Shown piece by piece: positions 61,002 through 64,000 of a DNA stretch of 64,000 nt. Below the pieces are notes generated by a model. It had not been told where the DNA came from. It did not search any database and worked only from the letters and a program-made list of their open reading frames with translations. Position numbers and translations under genes: made by a program. Position 1 is the first letter of the stretch. Each line of letters starts with the position of its first letter. Source of the stretch: Phaeosaccion multiseriatum (lineage: Eukaryota; Protista; Ochrophyta, other classes); assembly GCA_965112735.1 (NCBI GenBank), contig OZ218961.1, forward strand, positions 2,418,001 to 2,482,000, in the 5' to 3' direction.

Positions 61002-62260
61002 CCCCCCAGAGCCTGAAACCCAACGGCTGCTTCATCGCCTCCATGTTCGGCGGCAACAACCTCACTGAGCTCCGTTCCTGCCTCCTCCTCGCGGAACAAG
61101 AGCGAGAGGGTGGTATGTCTGCGCACACGTCCCCAGCCGCCTACATCTCTGACTGCGGCAGCTTGCTCTCGGGTGCAGGCTTTAATCTTCCCACAGTGGA
61201 TCAGGATACCTTTACGGTCCACTATCCGAGCGCTTTTGTCCTTATGGAGCACTTACAGGTATATCGGTAGGATCGGTTTTCAGTTTTCAGTTTTCAGTTT
61301 GTTGAAGAGACATTATCATATATCGAACACCATAAATGGGGTCGATAATCGAAGCTTCTAGCGTCTGAAGGGGTGTATAGGTGGTAATGTGGGGCAGTAA
61401 GTCAGTGGATGGGTAGGGCGAGCTTGACGTGAAGTGACATTCACCCTTGACAATTGAATCCAGAATGCTTGACACTTAAAGGCTTGACTTTAATAAATGC
61501 CATCCACTGCCACCCATCGATCCAATCACCCCAGGCCATGGGCGAGAACAACGCGGCCTTGGGCGGGAGGCCTTACGTCAACAGAGAGACCTTCCTGGCG
61601 GCCGCAGCAGTCTATCAGGACCTTTACGGAGAGGAGGACGGAAGCGTGCCCGCCACTTTCCAGGTGGGTGGGGGGAAGGTGGAGGGCTTTCCGAGTCGGC
61701 AGATGATGCTGGGGTGTCTTCCCTTTCCTCTCTCACAGCGTATGCGTTCGTGTTGCGCTGCTCTACGCTGTATCACCAACTGCTCAGCTTTGTCTCCTCT
61801 GCCCCGAAAGCACATGTCCATTCCTCGCCATCTCCTTCATCCCCCTTACAGTTTTTTGTCTCCACCCCCCCCCCTCCTCCCCCTTCTTTGTGTGTGCGTG
61901 CGTGCGTGTGTGCGTGCGTGTGCGTGCGTGTGTGTGCGTGTGTGTGTGTGTGCGTGTGTGCGTGTGTGTGCGTGTGTGTGCGTGCGTGCGTATGTGCGTG
62001 TGCGTGCGTGTGTGTGTGCGTGCGTGCGTGTGTGTGTGCGTTAGGTCGTGTACATGATAGGCTGGGCTCCTCATGAGTCGCAACAGCAGCCCAAGAGGCC
62101 GGGCAGCGGCGCCACGGCACCTTCCATCGGTTCCTCCGTCAGCCACCACAAGGCCGGGGATACGTTTGCTCCAGCTCCTGCTCCTGCTCCTGCTGGTGGT
62201 GCCGTATCACCAACTGCTCCTGCTACTTCTCCTGTTGCTCCGACGGAGCCGTCAACGTAG
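58920..62260 (+). CDS. NDUFAF5: NDUFAF5 (complex I assembly arginine hydroxylase, SAM-methyltransferase fold), mitochondrial
   Basis: R/S-rich presequence; [15 protein letters not shown]; [24 protein letters not shown]; ADEEFLPF; [17 protein letters not shown]; [23 protein letters not shown]; [13 protein letters not shown]; [27 protein letters not shown]. Confidence 0.93.
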
Positions 62261-62342
62261 TTACTTGCGCGTGGTGCTCCTTCCTTCCGTATGGTGCTGA
62301 GGCAGTCCTCTCATGCCGAGGGGGAGGAGGGGTTTGGGAGAC

Positions 62343-62405
<63 letters not shown>

Positions 62406-62798
62406 GTATCATAATATATGGAGTTTGCACGTTACACGACCGCGCCTGCTCCGCTCTGCACTGCTCTGCTCATCAGCCTCTCTTTGAGGAGAGCGGCGGA
62501 ACAAGCCTTATGGGTGCCCTAGATAGGCGTAGTCGAGCTAATTGGGGTACTGCATTTAATGCCCACTCCATCCCAGCATGATGACTCATGCACTTTGTTG
62601 TGATGAGTGCATCGATTGCTGCTCTCCATTGGAGTAGGCACAAGAAGCTTCGATATCGACCTATTCATTGATATAAGGTCACATGAACTAAAAACTGAAG
62701 CTTAAAAAACTGTTATCGATTCATGTGCTCTACCGCCTTGATGGACCAATCCAATTGCTTGTATTCACACACCGTGTGTTGGTTGCCTCTGCCTACCG

Positions 62799-63011
62799 TT
62801 ACACGGGTCCTTTGTCTTCAGCCTCTCGACGCCCTCGAAGCTGTTGCTGAAGCTTGACCAGAGTCTCCATGTCCCCCGGGTCCACCTCCTCGTCCTCCCC
62901 CACATCCTTGACCCTTGCCAGCACCTCCATCACTTGCTTCACCAGGGCGACTCTCTCCGATGTGGGCCCCTCCTTCCCTCCCTTCTCCTCTTCCTCCTCC
63001 TCCTCTTCATC

Positions 63012-63042
<31 letters not shown>

Positions 63043-64000
63043 GTGCGCCCCTCCCTACCTCCGTGCCCCTCCCGCCCCCTGTCCCGCACTTCCTGGGCCT
63101 TGGTCGCTGCCAACTGAAGTACTTGGTCATCCAGACCCGCCGCCCGCGCCGTGTTCAGTCCGTAACTGCTCTTGGCACACCCTTCAACGAGCTCATAGAG
63201 AAAGATTATCCGCTTCAGTCGATGCCGTGCAGAGGCGGGGGCCTTCTCTTGTGCCTGTGCCCCGCCGCTCCGACCGGTTCCTCCTCCGTCTCCTTCTCCT
63301 CCTTCTCCCCCTTCCTCCTTCTCTTCCGCACCCCCGTCCTCCTCTTCTTCCTCCTCCAGATGGCCCATATGCCCATTGACCACTCGCCCCTCCATGTCCG
63401 GGTCATCAGCCAGCGTCGCCAGCGTTGGGTAGTGCGTGACAAACAACGTAGCGCAGCCAATGCTCTTTACCACGTATCGGAGAGTCGCCATGGCGATCGC
63501 CACACCATCGTGCGTAGACGTGCCCCTTCCAATCTCGTCCAGAATCACCAACGATCGGGGCGTCGCCTTACGAAGGATGGAGCTACAATGCCACAACTCA
63601 AGCATAAACGTGCTTAGCCCGGCCGTGAGGTCGTCACCCGCCCCCATCCGCGTAAACACCCCATCAAGTATGGAGAGTTGGGCCTCCTCCGCGGGCACCC
63701 ATGACCCAATCTGCCCAAGAATACACAAGAGACCCGCCATACGCACGTAACTGCTCTTTCCACCCATGTTGGGCCCGGTCACCACCATACAGCTCCGACG
63801 ACGGCCCTCAATGGTCAGGGACACGTCACTTGCCACGAACTGCCCCTCCATTAGCTGCTCCACAGTTGGGTGCCTCCCCTGCTTGATGCGGATGCCTTTC
63901 CACCCCTCTCTTGCCCCTGCTCCTCCTCCCCCCCCTGCTGCTGCCGCCGCTGGTGCCGACTCAGCTTGTGCTGCCTCCAGTTGAGTGGACCCTACTGCGT
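62799..64000 (-). CDS. MSH3: MutS-family mismatch repair protein, MSH3-like, C-terminal ATPase part (5'-partial)
   Basis: VTGPNMGGKSSYVR, QIGSWVPAE, FTRMGAGDD...STFMLEL, LVILDEIGRGTSTHDGVAIA, TLFVTHYP, SSYGLNTARAAGL. GKSSY and THYP favour MSH3 over MSH2/MSH6. Confidence 0.88.

Noticed and set aside
62799-64000. Link between MSH3 (repeat instability) and the abundance of microsatellites
   Set aside because: MSH3 acts in trans and its visible ATPase motifs are intact, so proximity is not evidence.

Overview
Eukaryotic, GC-rich, intron-rich DNA with microsatellite-laden introns. A protist or alga is likely, possibly a stramenopile, but this is inference only. Genes in order: 5'-partial CAMTA-like calmodulin-binding transcription factor (+); ETF alpha subunit (-); two head-to-head copies of a membrane hybrid histidine kinase that form a ~16.6 kb imperfect palindrome (two ~7.2 kb arms) with a 5'-truncated CRE-type non-LTR retrotransposon in its centre; a ~690 bp (CCT)n(CTT)n tract; a full-size ABCA transporter (-); an apparent Med15-KIX/Med27 Mediator fusion gene (+); NDUFAF5 (+); and the 3' end of MSH3 (-). 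Four observations stand out. (1) The kinase has a tandem TM-HisKA-pseudoREC-TM-HisKA-HATPase-REC layout with apparently complementary degeneration of its two modules. (2) It is duplicated as a palindrome around a retroelement, with patchy divergence between the arms. (3) A frame-preserving DNA word, CAG-TTGGTGATA-CAG, recurs at least 15 times on both strands, in exons and introns. (4) The Mediator subunit fusion. Exon boundaries were read by eye and are approximate. No database searches were run.
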